64,000 bases of DNA from Shigella phage SFPB. Below the pieces are notes generated by a model, which made no database searches, was not told the origin of the DNA, and saw only the letters and a program-made list of their open reading frames with translations. The position numbers and the translations under genes are program-made. Where the stretch lies: sequence record OQ031072; one strand, written 5' to 3'. Of this stretch, positions 9,160 through 19,634 are shown one piece after another; within the stretch, counting starts at the first letter, position 1; each line of letters starts with the position of its first letter.

Positions 9160-10227
9160 ATGGGGCTTTTTCGTATGGAGAGTACAATGGAACAATACAC
9201 CTTAACAAAGCTCCCAGAGAGCGTTACACACGTCTTTATTGACTCTGATAGCATTGCTTACAAAGGTGCTTGTGTAGTTGAAAAAGCAAAGTACAAGTAT
9301 GTGAATAAAATCACTGCTGAAGAATCCGACGCTTTTGATAGTGCAAAACTGGCAGCACAATGGCTGTCTGACCAAAGAGTTTTAACTGAAGAGTTAGGAC
9401 TTGACTTTGATGAAGATGAATGGGAAAGACAGACTTGGAAGGAGGCTAAGAGTGAAGCTGAAGCAATTATGGCTACACAGCAAGTTCTTCAGGAGTGGTT
9501 GAAAGTCGTTGGTAAAGAACGCAAATGGATGGGTTACCTTACTGAGAAAGGTGTTCACAAACACAAGGATATCAAAGGTCTTGAACACCAATATCAAGGT
9601 AACAGAAAAGAAGCTGTAACACCTACACACCTAGTTGCTTGTCGTGAGTATCTTCTGTCACGACCAGAGTTTAAGCTCTTAAAAGGGGGCTTCGAAGCAG
9701 ACTCTATCGTTATTGCAAAAGCTGAGAAGATGGGGAAAAAAGCTGCTCTGATGAGTATTGATAAAGACCTTCGTCAAGCTGAAGGAACTTACTGTATTGA
9801 TATGACTTACGAGAAAGCTCCATTAATTTTCATTGCAGATAATAACGTTGGTGAGATTTGGGATTGCCCTATCAAATCTAAACCGAAAGCTAAGAAGACA
9901 GTCGGAGTAGGTTTTAAATTCCTCTGCTATCAAGCTGTAGCAGGTGATAATGCAGACAACTACTTCGGTTTAAAAGGTGCTGGTAAGGTTGCGGTGATGA
10001 ATGCACTGGAAGGTAAAACTACCTACAAAGAGTGCTTAGATGCCATCTATGAACTTTATGCTAAGAAAGAGTCATACACTTATGAATCGTGGGATGGTCA
10101 GATTGTGACAAGAACTCCACTAGAATTAATGGAGCAACACTTCTGGATTGCTTATCAAGAACGAAATCCTAAAGATGATTTTACGTTTAAAAAATACAAT
10201 TGGGAGCCAGTTATGAATGAAGATTAA
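9160..10227 (+). CDS. 5'-3' exonuclease / flap endonuclease-like
   Basis: HVFIDSDSIAYKG and SIDKDL motifs typical of FEN/T7 gp6-like nucleases; replication-module context. Confidence 0.55.
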   Translation: MGLFRMESTMEQYTLTKLPESVTHVFIDSDSIAYKGACVVEKAKYKYVNKITAEESDAFDSAKLAAQWLSDQRVLTEELGLDFDEDEWERQTWKEAKSEAEAIMATQQVLQEWLKVVGKERKWMGYLTEKGVHKHKDIKGLEHQYQGNRKEAVTPTHLVACREYLLSRPEFKLLKGGFEADSIVIAKAEKMGKKAALMSIDKDLRQAEGTYCIDMTYEKAPLIFIADNNVGEIWDCPIKSKPKAKKTVGVGFKFLCYQAVAGDNADNYFGLKGAGKVAVMNALEGKTTYKECLDAIYELYAKKESYTYESWDGQIVTRTPLELMEQHFWIAYQERNPKDDFTFKKYNWEPVMNED

Positions 10228-10717
10228 AGGATTTGGAAATTGCCCTGTTTATGGACATTGGGTTTCACTGTGCGGGGAAATTGACCCCGCTAACTATTTT
10301 GGTTTTGTCTATTTAGTATACTGTAAGAAAACTGGACAATATTATATTGGGAAGAAACAATTTAATAACGTCACTAAGAAAAAGGTTGCTGGAAAGACCA
10401 GACGTAAAGTCGTGACAAAAGAAAGTGATTGGATGACTTATCAAACATCTTCTGAGTACATTAAGAAGGATATTGAATCTTTTGGTGAAAAAGAGTTTGA
10501 CTTCTACATCATCCAGACTTACTATACGCGAGGTGGCTTAGTTTATGGCGAAGCTAACCTACAACATAAGTTTGACGTCATGACAAAAAGGATTGACTCT
10601 AAGCTTCGACTCTTCTACAATGCGAACATTGCAGCAATCAAGTTTCTTACAAAAGAGACTTATGATGAAGCTGAGAAGAGAATCACTAAAATCATGAAAC
10701 TTAATGAGAGAGTTTAA
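10217..10717 (+). CDS. GIY-YIG endonuclease-like protein
   Basis: GFVYLVYCKKTGQYYIGKK matches GIY-YIG motif. Confidence 0.55.
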   Translation: MKIKGFGNCPVYGHWVSLCGEIDPANYFGFVYLVYCKKTGQYYIGKKQFNNVTKKKVAGKTRRKVVTKESDWMTYQTSSEYIKKDIESFGEKEFDFYIIQTYYTRGGLVYGEANLQHKFDVMTKRIDSKLRLFYNANIAAIKFLTKETYDEAEKRITKIMKLNERV

Positions 10718-10934
10718 AATGTTTAATAAAATCAAAAATGACCATGTTTCTAAAATCCAGAGTGGCGTAGCAGCACTGAAGGAAACTATCAGTAAAGCTA
10801 AGTCAGCTACAGAAGCTGAGATGGATGCTCTGGAATCACAAATTCAACATCTGTTAAGCAAACGTGTTGAACTCAAAGAACGAATGGACTATATTGAGTC
10901 TCAACAAAAGTTGTTTGAAGATAAGGAGGCTTAA
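10704..10934 (+). CDS. hypothetical coiled-coil protein
   Basis: ORF track 76 aa. Confidence 0.4.
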   Translation: MREFKMFNKIKNDHVSKIQSGVAALKETISKAKSATEAEMDALESQIQHLLSKRVELKERMDYIESQQKLFEDKEA

Positions 10935-11689
10935 TGTTTAATTCCAGAGAATCCGTAAGAAATTGGAATCTACGTTGTGGCAATAATCCAAAAGAGCCAT
11001 ACAGTACAGAGTATTGGGAATCACTGAAAAGTCAATCTCTGTGTATGATTGAAGAAGCTAGAGAGTTAGTCGCAGCAGTAGAAGCCAAAGACCCTGTTGA
11101 GACCCTTGATGCTCAAGCTGATTTGCAGTATGTACTTGACGGTTTAATTTTCCTGACACAACATGACCATGATGGTGCTATTAAGGCTGTTTGTGAAAAC
11201 AACAACCTCAAATACACAGATGACTATCAAGAAGCTTTACAGCGAATGTTTGATATTGAGAAACGTACTGGTGATGAATGTTACCTGCGTCAATCAATTA
11301 TTGAAGGTAAAGAGTGGTTTGCGATTATTCGCAAGTCTGATGGTAAGATTATGAAACAGTCTAATCTTCCAAAAGTTCAACTTGAAAGTTTTATTGCAGA
11401 AGTTGACGCAAAAGAATTATTTGTGGTAACATCTGACACATGCGTTATCTGCCAAGGACTGATTGGAAGTCTTGGTAGTCTTGGCATTAAAAACTTTTCT
11501 AAAGTTGAACCAATCTCTTCAAAAGCAGATAAAGACTTCTGCCGTGAGAATGGATTATGGCTTGCGGATATTGTGTACTATGATGGTGAGAAGTTCCATG
11601 TAACCTCATATCCGAAATTGAATTATGATGCAATCAACCTCAAGCAGTGGTTGAAAGGAGTCGGTTATAATGGATTCACAGAACATTAA
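10934..11689 (+). CDS. MazG-like nucleotide pyrophosphohydrolase domain protein
   Basis: N-terminus EEARELVAAVEAKDPVETLDAQADLQYVLDG resembles MazG/NTP-PPase helices. Confidence 0.45.
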   Translation: MFNSRESVRNWNLRCGNNPKEPYSTEYWESLKSQSLCMIEEARELVAAVEAKDPVETLDAQADLQYVLDGLIFLTQHDHDGAIKAVCENNNLKYTDDYQEALQRMFDIEKRTGDECYLRQSIIEGKEWFAIIRKSDGKIMKQSNLPKVQLESFIAEVDAKELFVVTSDTCVICQGLIGSLGSLGIKNFSKVEPISSKADKDFCRENGLWLADIVYYDGEKFHVTSYPKLNYDAINLKQWLKGVGYNGFTEH

Positions 11690-11996
11690 TAAAGGTGAAG
11701 AAGTGGTGGCAAAAAGCCACTTCTCCAACTACAACCTCTCTATGACAGTGTTTATGAATGATTCACTGTTAGACAAGTACGGAGAGAAGCCAGAAACGAT
11801 TCTGGATAATGAACAAGTATTAGCAGCAGTGTTGTATAAGTATGGCTTAAATATTGATAAACCGTACTCTTACGAGATTTGCCAGCATAGAAATACTTTT
11901 GGTAAAGTTGTTGTAGCCCCCCTGTTCATGGGTGTAGAGCGCACAGATGACCAGTGGATTTACTTGAAACGAAACTTGGATAGATACCATGTCTAA
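11670..11996 (+). CDS. hypothetical protein
   Basis: ORF track 108 aa. Confidence 0.4.
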   Translation: MDSQNINKGEEVVAKSHFSNYNLSMTVFMNDSLLDKYGEKPETILDNEQVLAAVLYKYGLNIDKPYSYEICQHRNTFGKVVVAPLFMGVERTDDQWIYLKRNLDRYHV

Positions 11997-12324
11997 AACG
12001 AAAAAGTTAACTAAAGAAGAAATTAAATCTGGCGAAGAATTAGGCACTGATAAGTTTGGTGAGACATTACGTCATGGTGACTTTGTAATGTACACTGAAG
12101 ATTGCAAAGGTCGCAGCGATATCAAATTTGGAAGAGTTGTCTGCAAAGTCCGTGGTAACTTTTCAATTGCACGACTTGAAGATGATGTTAGTGAAAAACT
12201 TGATATGGCATTCGATGATGGTATGCGTTACTGGTACATGAATGCAATGTCTAAAGGTTCACTGACAAAAGTATCACAGAAGTTCGTTGAACTCTGGGTA
12301 AGTAAAAAGATTTTTAGCATTTAA
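11989..12324 (+). CDS. hypothetical protein
   Basis: ORF track 111 aa. Confidence 0.4.
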   Translation: MSKTKKLTKEEIKSGEELGTDKFGETLRHGDFVMYTEDCKGRSDIKFGRVVCKVRGNFSIARLEDDVSEKLDMAFDDGMRYWYMNAMSKGSLTKVSQKFVELWVSKKIFSI

Positions 12325-12331
12325 TCTCTAA

Positions 12332-12356
12332 GGGGTCTCTTCGGAGACCCTTTTTC
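12332..12356 (+). terminator. rho-independent terminator (GGGGTCTC-UUCG-GAGACCC + T-run)
   Basis: Perfect stem with UUCG tetraloop followed by TTTTT. Confidence 0.7.
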
Positions 12357-12375
12357 ACCTGTAGGATTTAATATA

Positions 12376-14610
12376 ATGATTACTACTATTCGCAAATCAG
12401 ACGGTACAATCGTACCATTCGAACCAGAGCGTTTAAATAAATGGGCTTCATGGGCTGACAAGAGAGGAATTATCTGGTCAGAGGTTGTCATGGAAGCTAT
12501 GAAGCGTGTCTATGAAGGTTGTACAACAAAAGAAATGCACCAAGCTATGATTGACGTTTGTATTGATAAGCAAACTCAAGAGTACTCTGATATGGCTGGG
12601 AGACTACTTCTTGGCATTATCTACAAAGAAGCTTTTGGTGGATTTACAAAGGTTCCTCAGTTACTTCCATTTGTGATGAAGATGGAGCAGATGGGGCTTT
12701 GGGAACATATGGATTACACACCTGAAGAGATTGACTACTTACAAGGTCACATCGTACATTCAAAAGATATCTCTTATGGGTATGCAGTGCTGAAGCAGTT
12801 CCGTGATAAGTATGGAATCCGTGACATTAAAAGTGGTAAACTGTTTGAGTCTCCACAGTTTATGTTCATGGGTATGGCTATGAAAGCCTTTGAAAGACAG
12901 CCTAAACAGCGTCGTTTAGATGATGTTATTAAGCTCTACACATATCTATCTGACCTGAAGATTAATGCTCCTACACCGTACCTGAACGGTCTGAGAGCTA
13001 CAAAATCTGGCTATGCTTCTTGCTGCCTAATTAAAGCAAATGATACTGCTGAATCTCTTGGCATTGCTACAAAAGTAGCTTATGACATGACCACTAAGCA
13101 AGCAGGTATTGGTATGCTGATGGAGACCAGAACAATTGGTGATGGAATCCGACAAAACACTATTGAGCATATGGGAAAACTCCCTTATTATAAGCTGGTA
13201 CGTGCTGCTGTAGAGGCTAATAAGCAGAAGAGTCGTGGTGGTTCAGCGAACAACTTCTACACTGCTCTTGACCCTCAGATTGAAGATTTACTTCGTCTGA
13301 AGCACCCTACAACGGTTACTTCAAAGCGTATTAATGAGATGGATTACTCATTTGGAACAAACGATTACTTCTGGCAATGTGTGCAGTACGATACAGATTG
13401 GCTACTATTCTCTTACAAGGACGCTCCAAAATTGTATGATATGTTCTACACAGCAAGTGCAGATGAGTTTGCAATGGCTGTTGGACATGCGGTTCACACT
13501 GGTGTTAAACATAAGCGAGTAAAAGCTCGTGAGATTGCTAAGTTGTTTATCCAGCAACGTTATGCAACTGGTCGTGTTTATCCGTTCTTTACGAACAACG
13601 CAAACACACATACGCCGTTCAAAGAACCTTTGAAAATGTCTAACCTGTGCATGGAAATTATATTGCCAGTTTATGGATTTGAGAAAGAGACAGACCTTTA
13701 CAGCTACAATGCTGCTAAAGAAGATGGTGAAGTAGCTCTTTGCTTCCTAGCTAGTTTGGTTGCAGGGAGAATTTCAGAAGATGAATACGCTGACGTTGCT
13801 TATTATGCTCTTGCAATGGTTGACTCCGTTATTGACCTCATGGACTACCCGTATCCGTCGATGCGTAACCATGTACAGAAACGTCGCTCTGTTGGGATTG
13901 GCCTTACAAATGTGGCTCATTACCTTGCAAAGAACTACGTGAACTACTCTTCAAGGGCTGGTAAAACGAAGCTACATGAACTTGCAGAGATGCACTCATT
14001 CTATCTGCATGAGGCTTCACTGAGACTGTCTAAAGAGCGTGGTGTGCCTGAGTACATGAAGTTTACTAAGTACCCTGATGGTTGGGTTCCAACTAAGACA
14101 GCTAACAAGAAGATTGATGAAAAACATGATGCAAAACTAAGATATGATTGGGATGACTTAGCACAACGTATCAAAGAAAATGGTGGAATCCGAAACTCTG
14201 TATTAGAAGCTTACATGCCTAACGAGAGTTCTTCACTGGCAACTAACACGACAAACGGGCTGTACCCTATTCGTGACTTCATCTTAACTAAGAAGTCTGC
14301 AACTGGTAACGTTCTGTTTATTGTACCTGATTATGAAGAGTTGAAGTATGTATACGAAATTGCTTGGGATATTGACACCTTTGATATGATTGATTGCTAT
14401 GCAATTGTTCAAAAATTCACTGGTCAAGCTATCTCTTCAGATTTCTATGTTGACTACTCGAAGTCTAAGAAGGTATCATTAGAGCAAGCTTTGAAGTACA
14501 TGATTTATGCAAACTCTGTAGGTATGAAAACCATGTACTACCTAAACAGTCGTATTGGTGTTGGTAAATCAGCACTTCAAGATGCTTACTGCGAAGGTTG
14601 TGGTGTTTAG
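12376..14610 (+). CDS. nrdA: ribonucleoside-diphosphate reductase alpha subunit (class Ia)
   Basis: 744 aa; N-terminal ATP-cone; active-site SNLCMEI motif. Confidence 0.9.
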   Translation: MITTIRKSDGTIVPFEPERLNKWASWADKRGIIWSEVVMEAMKRVYEGCTTKEMHQAMIDVCIDKQTQEYSDMAGRLLLGIIYKEAFGGFTKVPQLLPFVMKMEQMGLWEHMDYTPEEIDYLQGHIVHSKDISYGYAVLKQFRDKYGIRDIKSGKLFESPQFMFMGMAMKAFERQPKQRRLDDVIKLYTYLSDLKINAPTPYLNGLRATKSGYASCCLIKANDTAESLGIATKVAYDMTTKQAGIGMLMETRTIGDGIRQNTIEHMGKLPYYKLVRAAVEANKQKSRGGSANNFYTALDPQIEDLLRLKHPTTVTSKRINEMDYSFGTNDYFWQCVQYDTDWLLFSYKDAPKLYDMFYTASADEFAMAVGHAVHTGVKHKRVKAREIAKLFIQQRYATGRVYPFFTNNANTHTPFKEPLKMSNLCMEIILPVYGFEKETDLYSYNAAKEDGEVALCFLASLVAGRISEDEYADVAYYALAMVDSVIDLMDYPYPSMRNHVQKRRSVGIGLTNVAHYLAKNYVNYSSRAGKTKLHELAEMHSFYLHEASLRLSKERGVPEYMKFTKYPDGWVPTKTANKKIDEKHDAKLRYDWDDLAQRIKENGGIRNSVLEAYMPNESSSLATNTTNGLYPIRDFILTKKSATGNVLFIVPDYEELKYVYEIAWDIDTFDMIDCYAIVQKFTGQAISSDFYVDYSKSKKVSLEQALKYMIYANSVGMKTMYYLNSRIGVGKSALQDAYCEGCGV

Positions 14611-14665
14611 TTTCAATAACTATGAGGGTCGTAAAAGACCCTCTAAAATTAACTTTGGAGAGTCT

Positions 14666-14941
14666 ATGATAGACTTAATAGAATCCGCAAGAAATAAAGC
14701 AGAAGGTAAATCTGTTTATCTGATGTATAAGCCAAGAAATACACTTTACTATGTTGCCAGTACAGAGGTAATGGTAAAGCAGGATGATGATTCTTGGAAG
14801 AAATGTGTGAGATATATTGACTGCTTTAATGGCGGCAAAGAATATGTTAGAGCACCTGAGTTATTTAATATGGAAAACTGGCTAGTCCTTACAAGACAAG
14901 CTGCGAGAGATATGTTCAGAACAGGAAAATTACCAGAATGA
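14666..14941 (+). CDS. hypothetical protein
   Basis: ATG 14666 after GGAGAG RBS (track ORF 14555 starts upstream across intergenic region). Confidence 0.4.
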   Translation: MIDLIESARNKAEGKSVYLMYKPRNTLYYVASTEVMVKQDDDSWKKCVRYIDCFNGGKEYVRAPELFNMENWLVLTRQAARDMFRTGKLPE

Positions 14942-16011
14942 TTAATTCACATCCAATCTTCTTAGGTGAAGAACGTAAGACTTTTGATTCACTTAATAAA
15001 CACTATCCAAAAATCTTTGAACTGTATAAGCAACAGAAAGCTCAAGACTGGTCTGAAGAGGAATTTCCATTTGAGCAATCACGCTTAGACTTTGAGAGTG
15101 TCCCTCAGTCAATGTCTGGTGTAATGCTTGAGATTCTGAAATGGCAATGGGAAGCAGATACACAGGTTGCTAAGAGTTTAGCTTTTGCATTTGCACCATT
15201 CATCTCTGATGATATCTATGCAACTGCTATCATGAAGCAATCAGAAATTGAGAACCTTCATGCACTAACTTATTCAGAGATTGTTCGTCAGTGTATCAAG
15301 AACCCTGAAACAATCCTTGATGAGATTAACCAGAACGCTGCTGTTCAGGACAGATTGAAGACTGTGAACAGAGCACTGGCAGAACTTCTTGACGAAGGTA
15401 TTAACTATCGTTTAAGCTATGTTCGTCAAGAGCTAATGGAGAAAGACCCTTTACACTTCCACAAAGTAATCTTAAAAGGTCTCTTTGCAGTAACAGCACT
15501 TGAGGGTATTTCCTTCATGGCATCCTTTGCATGTACCTTTGCACTTGATGCACAAGATAAGTTCCAAGGGATTGCACAAGCAGTACAGAAAATTATGCTT
15601 GACGAAATCATTCACACAAAGATTGATATCGAAGCATTAAAAGAAACTTTGAAAGATGAAGAGTGGCAAGAAGCTTTCCGTCAAGTACTCCCAGAAATTA
15701 AAGTAATTCTGGATGAGGTAGTTGAAAGTGAAGAGAAATGGTCTTATTATATTTTCTCTGAAGGACGTGCTGTTGTAGGTTTAAATACAAAACTTCTTCA
15801 CGAATGGGTTTACTACAACGCTGCTCCATTGTATGATATGTTTGGTATTCCAAGAGACTTCGTAGCTCCTGAAGAACCACCTTTGAAATATATGATTAAG
15901 AAGATGGAAATTGATAAAGAGCAAAACGCTAACCAAGAACAACAAAATGGTGCGTACCTTTTGAATACCGTTGTTGATGATTTAAATTCAGGATTTTTAG
16001 AGGTTCCTTAA
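14938..16011 (+). CDS. nrdB: ribonucleoside-diphosphate reductase beta subunit
   Basis: 357 aa immediately downstream of nrdA; size and position consistent with R2 subunit. Confidence 0.8.
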   Translation: MINSHPIFLGEERKTFDSLNKHYPKIFELYKQQKAQDWSEEEFPFEQSRLDFESVPQSMSGVMLEILKWQWEADTQVAKSLAFAFAPFISDDIYATAIMKQSEIENLHALTYSEIVRQCIKNPETILDEINQNAAVQDRLKTVNRALAELLDEGINYRLSYVRQELMEKDPLHFHKVILKGLFAVTALEGISFMASFACTFALDAQDKFQGIAQAVQKIMLDEIIHTKIDIEALKETLKDEEWQEAFRQVLPEIKVILDEVVESEEKWSYYIFSEGRAVVGLNTKLLHEWVYYNAAPLYDMFGIPRDFVAPEEPPLKYMIKKMEIDKEQNANQEQQNGAYLLNTVVDDLNSGFLEVP

Positions 16012-16253
16012 TGACTTATGTAATTTACTCAAAAGATGGATGCCCACAGTGTGTGACTGCTAAGAACTTTGCTCAGGCTCGTGGCTTAGACCATGTTGTT
16101 AGAATGCTTGGGAAAGATTATGAGCTAAGTGACCTGATGGATATTGCAAAGATACCTGTTCGTCAGATGCCTTTCATTATGAAGGTTGAAGACAATGAAA
16201 TGAAACCTGTTGGAACACTACAGAACTTTATGGCAGAGGTGAATAATGCTTAA
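16011..16253 (+). CDS. nrdH: glutaredoxin-like protein (NrdH-like)
   Basis: 80 aa with KDGCPQCV redox CxxC motif, between nrdB and nrdD. Confidence 0.6.
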   Translation: MTYVIYSKDGCPQCVTAKNFAQARGLDHVVRMLGKDYELSDLMDIAKIPVRQMPFIMKVEDNEMKPVGTLQNFMAEVNNA

Positions 16254-16446
16254 ACGTTTATGGGATGGTTTTGTTGAAGATGCTCCGATGATTGCTCTGG
16301 CATTCATGGTTACTAGCCTGTTTACTGATTTAAAACAAGGTGCTCTATTTGGAGCTATGCTAGTATGGGTTATCTTTGAGATATTAGATATCAAACATGA
16401 TTTGAGTGGAAAGCTTAAAAAGCTTATTGAAAAGTTTTCTAAGTAG
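16246..16446 (+). CDS. small membrane protein
   Basis: 66 aa with hydrophobic segments. Confidence 0.35.
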   Translation: MLKRLWDGFVEDAPMIALAFMVTSLFTDLKQGALFGAMLVWVIFEILDIKHDLSGKLKKLIEKFSK

Positions 16447-16457
16447 AATTAATATAA

Positions 16458-16480
16458 GGGTCTCTTCGGAGACCTTTTTT
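16458..16480 (+). terminator. rho-independent terminator (same GGGTCTC-UUCG-GAGACC hairpin as at 12332)
   Basis: Stem-loop + TTTTTT. Confidence 0.7.
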
Positions 16481-16495
16481 GCATTAGGAGTCAGA

Positions 16496-18637
16496 ATGGT
16501 TAAAGTACAAATTATTAAGAAAGACGGTTCACTGGAAAAGCCAAACGTAAATAAAATCGTCGAAGCAGTTACCAAGTCAGCTAATAGAGTTGGCTACAAA
16601 GAGTTACCACTAGAAGTTACCCATGCTCTTGAATCAGCCTTTATGAGACTGCTTGTCAGAGCAACTAATCAGAATGCTATGCTCATCTCTGTAGATGATG
16701 TTCACAGTATTGTAGAAGGGACTCTGGCAGAGGTAAACCATGAAATCTATGAGTCATATTCAACCTACAGAAACTATCGTAAAGAGGTTGCACAGAATTG
16801 GGATGAACTTTACCAGAAAACTAAAGACACACTCTTCTTAGGTGACCGTGAGAATGCTAACTTTGACAGTAGCTTAATCTCTACAAAAGGTTCAATCATC
16901 CGTGGATATTTGACAAAAGAAATCTTTAAGCAGTATCACTTGACACCAGAAGAAGCAAGTGCTATTGAAGATGGATTCATTTATATCCATGACTTAAGAG
17001 ACTTAATCTTCGGTGGTATTAACTGTTGCTTGTTTGACATGGGAAGCGTCTTGAAAGGTGGTTTTGAAATGTCAGGCATCGAATACTGTGAACCAAAGTC
17101 TGTACTTTCAGCTTTACAGGTTATTGGTGACGTTGTACTCTCAGCAACTGCACAGCAATTTGGTGGGTTTACTATCCCAGAGATTGACAAGGTTCTTGTG
17201 CCATATGCTAAGAAGTCTTTTGAGTATCATCTGGAGAAAGCAAAGCAGTATAATATCCCAAGTAAAGAAGTATACCACTACGCTAAAGAGCAACTTCAGA
17301 TTGAGCTAACCCAAGGCTTCCAATCTCTGGAAATGAAACTGAATACAGTTCCTTGCAGCCGTGGTGATTTTGCATTCACAACTTTAACGTTTGGTTTACT
17401 CGAACCAGATATGGCTAGTGAAGATAACCGCTTGCAATTTATGATTGCAAAGACTATTCTTGATGTGAGAATGAATGGTCAAGGCAAGTCTAAGAAGCCT
17501 GTTGTATTCCCTAAACTGGTTTACATTTATGATGAGACAAGGCACATGTTAGACCCTTGGCAGGGAACTCTTTATGACAAAGCTATTGAGTGCTGTTCTA
17601 AAGCTATGTATCCAGACTTCTTAAGTGTTTCTGGTCATGGTTCTGTTGCAGAAGCTTTTGAGCGTTCAGGTGCAGTCATCTCTCCAATGGGTTGTAGGGC
17701 TTTCTTATCACCATATTATGATGAAGATGGTAAAGAGTTCTACACAGGGCGAGCAAATATCGGTGCAGTATCTCTTAATCTGCCAATGATTTACAAGTAT
17801 TCTGAAGAGAATGGTTTAGACTTCTGGACAGAACTTGACAAATACCTTGAAATGATTCGAAGCTTCCATAAGAAGCGTTATGAGATGATTGCTAATATGC
17901 CAGCAAGCTCTAACCCTTTAGCTTTCACACAAGGTGGATTGTATAAAGGACATAAGAAGCCAACTGATAAGATTGGTTGGGATACTGTTAAGTCTTTTAC
18001 AGCATCTTTTGGCGTGACCGCATTAGATGAATTAACAGTGCTTGCTCAAGGTAGAAGATTGCATGAGTCTGATGGTGATATTGCAAGCAAGGTTTTAAGC
18101 TATCTGAATAGCAAGCTGGAGCAGTTTAAGCAGGAAGACGGCTTCCTGTATGCACTTTATGGTACACCTGCTGAGAGTCTTTGTGGTACGCAATTGAAGC
18201 AGTTTAGAAATATGTTCGGAGTTGTTAAAGGTGTTTCTGATAAAGAGTACTTTACAAACAGTTTCCACATGAATGTTGGTGCAGACATTACACCGTTTGA
18301 AAAGCAAGACTTAGAAGAACCTTTCTTCCACTCTTGTAATGGAGGCCATATCATCTACTCAAGGTTAGCCAATCCTGAGAACTTGCAAGCTATCAGGGCT
18401 TGTGTAACAAGGGGTATGGGTAAAGGATTCTATCAAGGTATCAACTTTGACTTAGCAATCTGTGAAAATTGTGGTCACAGACCTAACAAAGATGTTGAAC
18501 TATGCCCTAAGTGCAACTCCCATGATATCTCTGTGATTAATCGTGTGTGTGGTTATCTAGGTTGGACTAAGATTAAAGGTACTTCCAGAATGAACGATGC
18601 AAAAATTGCAGAAATCAAGGACAGAGTATGTATGTAA
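16496..18637 (+). CDS. nrdD: anaerobic ribonucleoside-triphosphate reductase (class III)
   Basis: ATG 16496 after AGGAG RBS; N-terminal ATP-cone; C-terminal Zn-ribbon CxxC...CxxC and glycyl-radical RVCGY motif. Confidence 0.9.
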   Translation: MVKVQIIKKDGSLEKPNVNKIVEAVTKSANRVGYKELPLEVTHALESAFMRLLVRATNQNAMLISVDDVHSIVEGTLAEVNHEIYESYSTYRNYRKEVAQNWDELYQKTKDTLFLGDRENANFDSSLISTKGSIIRGYLTKEIFKQYHLTPEEASAIEDGFIYIHDLRDLIFGGINCCLFDMGSVLKGGFEMSGIEYCEPKSVLSALQVIGDVVLSATAQQFGGFTIPEIDKVLVPYAKKSFEYHLEKAKQYNIPSKEVYHYAKEQLQIELTQGFQSLEMKLNTVPCSRGDFAFTTLTFGLLEPDMASEDNRLQFMIAKTILDVRMNGQGKSKKPVVFPKLVYIYDETRHMLDPWQGTLYDKAIECCSKAMYPDFLSVSGHGSVAEAFERSGAVISPMGCRAFLSPYYDEDGKEFYTGRANIGAVSLNLPMIYKYSEENGLDFWTELDKYLEMIRSFHKKRYEMIANMPASSNPLAFTQGGLYKGHKKPTDKIGWDTVKSFTASFGVTALDELTVLAQGRRLHESDGDIASKVLSYLNSKLEQFKQEDGFLYALYGTPAESLCGTQLKQFRNMFGVVKGVSDKEYFTNSFHMNVGADITPFEKQDLEEPFFHSCNGGHIIYSRLANPENLQAIRACVTRGMGKGFYQGINFDLAICENCGHRPNKDVELCPKCNSHDISVINRVCGYLGWTKIKGTSRMNDAKIAEIKDRVCM

Positions 18638-19083
18638 AGGAGCTTCTTTGCTACAATCCAGAAAATGGTGAAATAAGATGGAAGAGTGACGGCAGCCTTG
18701 CTGGAAGTAAAATTTCAGGAGGCTACATTCTCATAACACTTCCAGATGGTTCCAAAGAATATGCTCACAGACTGGCATTCTTACTTATGGGTGAAGAGAT
18801 ACCTGAGTTAGTAGACCACATCAATGGTATTAGAGATGATAACCGTTGGAGCAACTTAAGAAGCTCTAACAAGGTTGATAATGCTTGTAATGCTAAATTA
18901 AGAGATGACAATAAAACAGGGTATAAAGGTATTTCTTGGGACTCTTCGAGAAAGAGGTGGAGAGTTTCAATAACCTATAACAAAAGGACAGTTTCCAAGA
19001 GATTCAAAAACTTTGAAGATGCTGTAGAGTACATGCAAGACTTAAGATTGGAACTTCATTCACAGTACTGTAGGTTCAAATAA
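18628..19083 (+). CDS. HNH homing endonuclease with AP2-like DNA-binding domain
   Basis: VDHINGIRDDNRWSNLR HNH motif; GYKGISWDSSRKRWRVSI AP2-like; inserted between nrdD and nrdG. Confidence 0.65.
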   Translation: MYVKELLCYNPENGEIRWKSDGSLAGSKISGGYILITLPDGSKEYAHRLAFLLMGEEIPELVDHINGIRDDNRWSNLRSSNKVDNACNAKLRDDNKTGYKGISWDSSRKRWRVSITYNKRTVSKRFKNFEDAVEYMQDLRLELHSQYCRFK

Positions 19084-19093
19084 AGTAGTTGAC

Positions 19094-19133
19094 AAGGTGG
19101 TGTAGGTCTTGATAGGCTTACATCACCTTTTTA
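19094..19133 (+). terminator. long hairpin + T-run
   Basis: AAGGTGGTGTAGG...CTTACATCACCTT inverted repeat followed by TTTTT. Confidence 0.45.
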
Positions 19134-19241
19134 TTAGGAATCACAACATGATTAAGACATTCTTGTTAGTCACCTTAGTAGGCTCTGTCTTACTAGGTTT
19201 CTTGTTAGGGCTTTTATACAACACATTGAAAGGAAAGAGAA

Positions 19242-19634
19242 ATGACTAAATTAAATAAAAATCAAATGAACTGGCTTAAAGACTATGCTTTAGAGTGTGG
19301 CTCTTGTGAGAAAACTCACAGAAAATACTCAGAGTTTTACATAGCATGTACTCTTTTAATAACTGACTCTGTTATTGATGACGCAAAGGATGATGACATT
19401 GAACTCCCTACGGAGTTGAGTGATAAAGTCTTAGTAGTAACTGGAACATGGTCAGATTCATATGGTACAGAAATTGGTGACATGTCTTTCTACAGTATTC
19501 AGCAAACAATGAATCCAAAGTATGTTGCTTTGATGACTCGTGCTCAGGAAGATGAACTGCTTCAGGAATTTATTAAAGAGCATTGTGAAGAGTACGTCAC
19601 AAAACATGTAAGTTTTGAAGTTGAGGTGTGCTAA
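19242..19634 (+). CDS. hypothetical protein
   Basis: ORF track 130 aa. Confidence 0.4.
   Translation: MTKLNKNQMNWLKDYALECGSCEKTHRKYSEFYIACTLLITDSVIDDAKDDDIELPTELSDKVLVVTGTWSDSYGTEIGDMSFYSIQQTMNPKYVALMTRAQEDELLQEFIKEHCEEYVTKHVSFEVEVC

Noticed and set aside
8895-9195. ORFs 8895..9134 (+) and 8911..9195 (-)
   Set aside because: Alternative-frame and antisense readings of the acidic repeat region of the SSB-like gene; low-complexity artefacts.
16406-16495. Upstream extension of the nrdD ORF in the track (start 16406)
   Set aside because: Extension runs through a rho-independent terminator; AGGAG + ATG at 16496 is the credible start.
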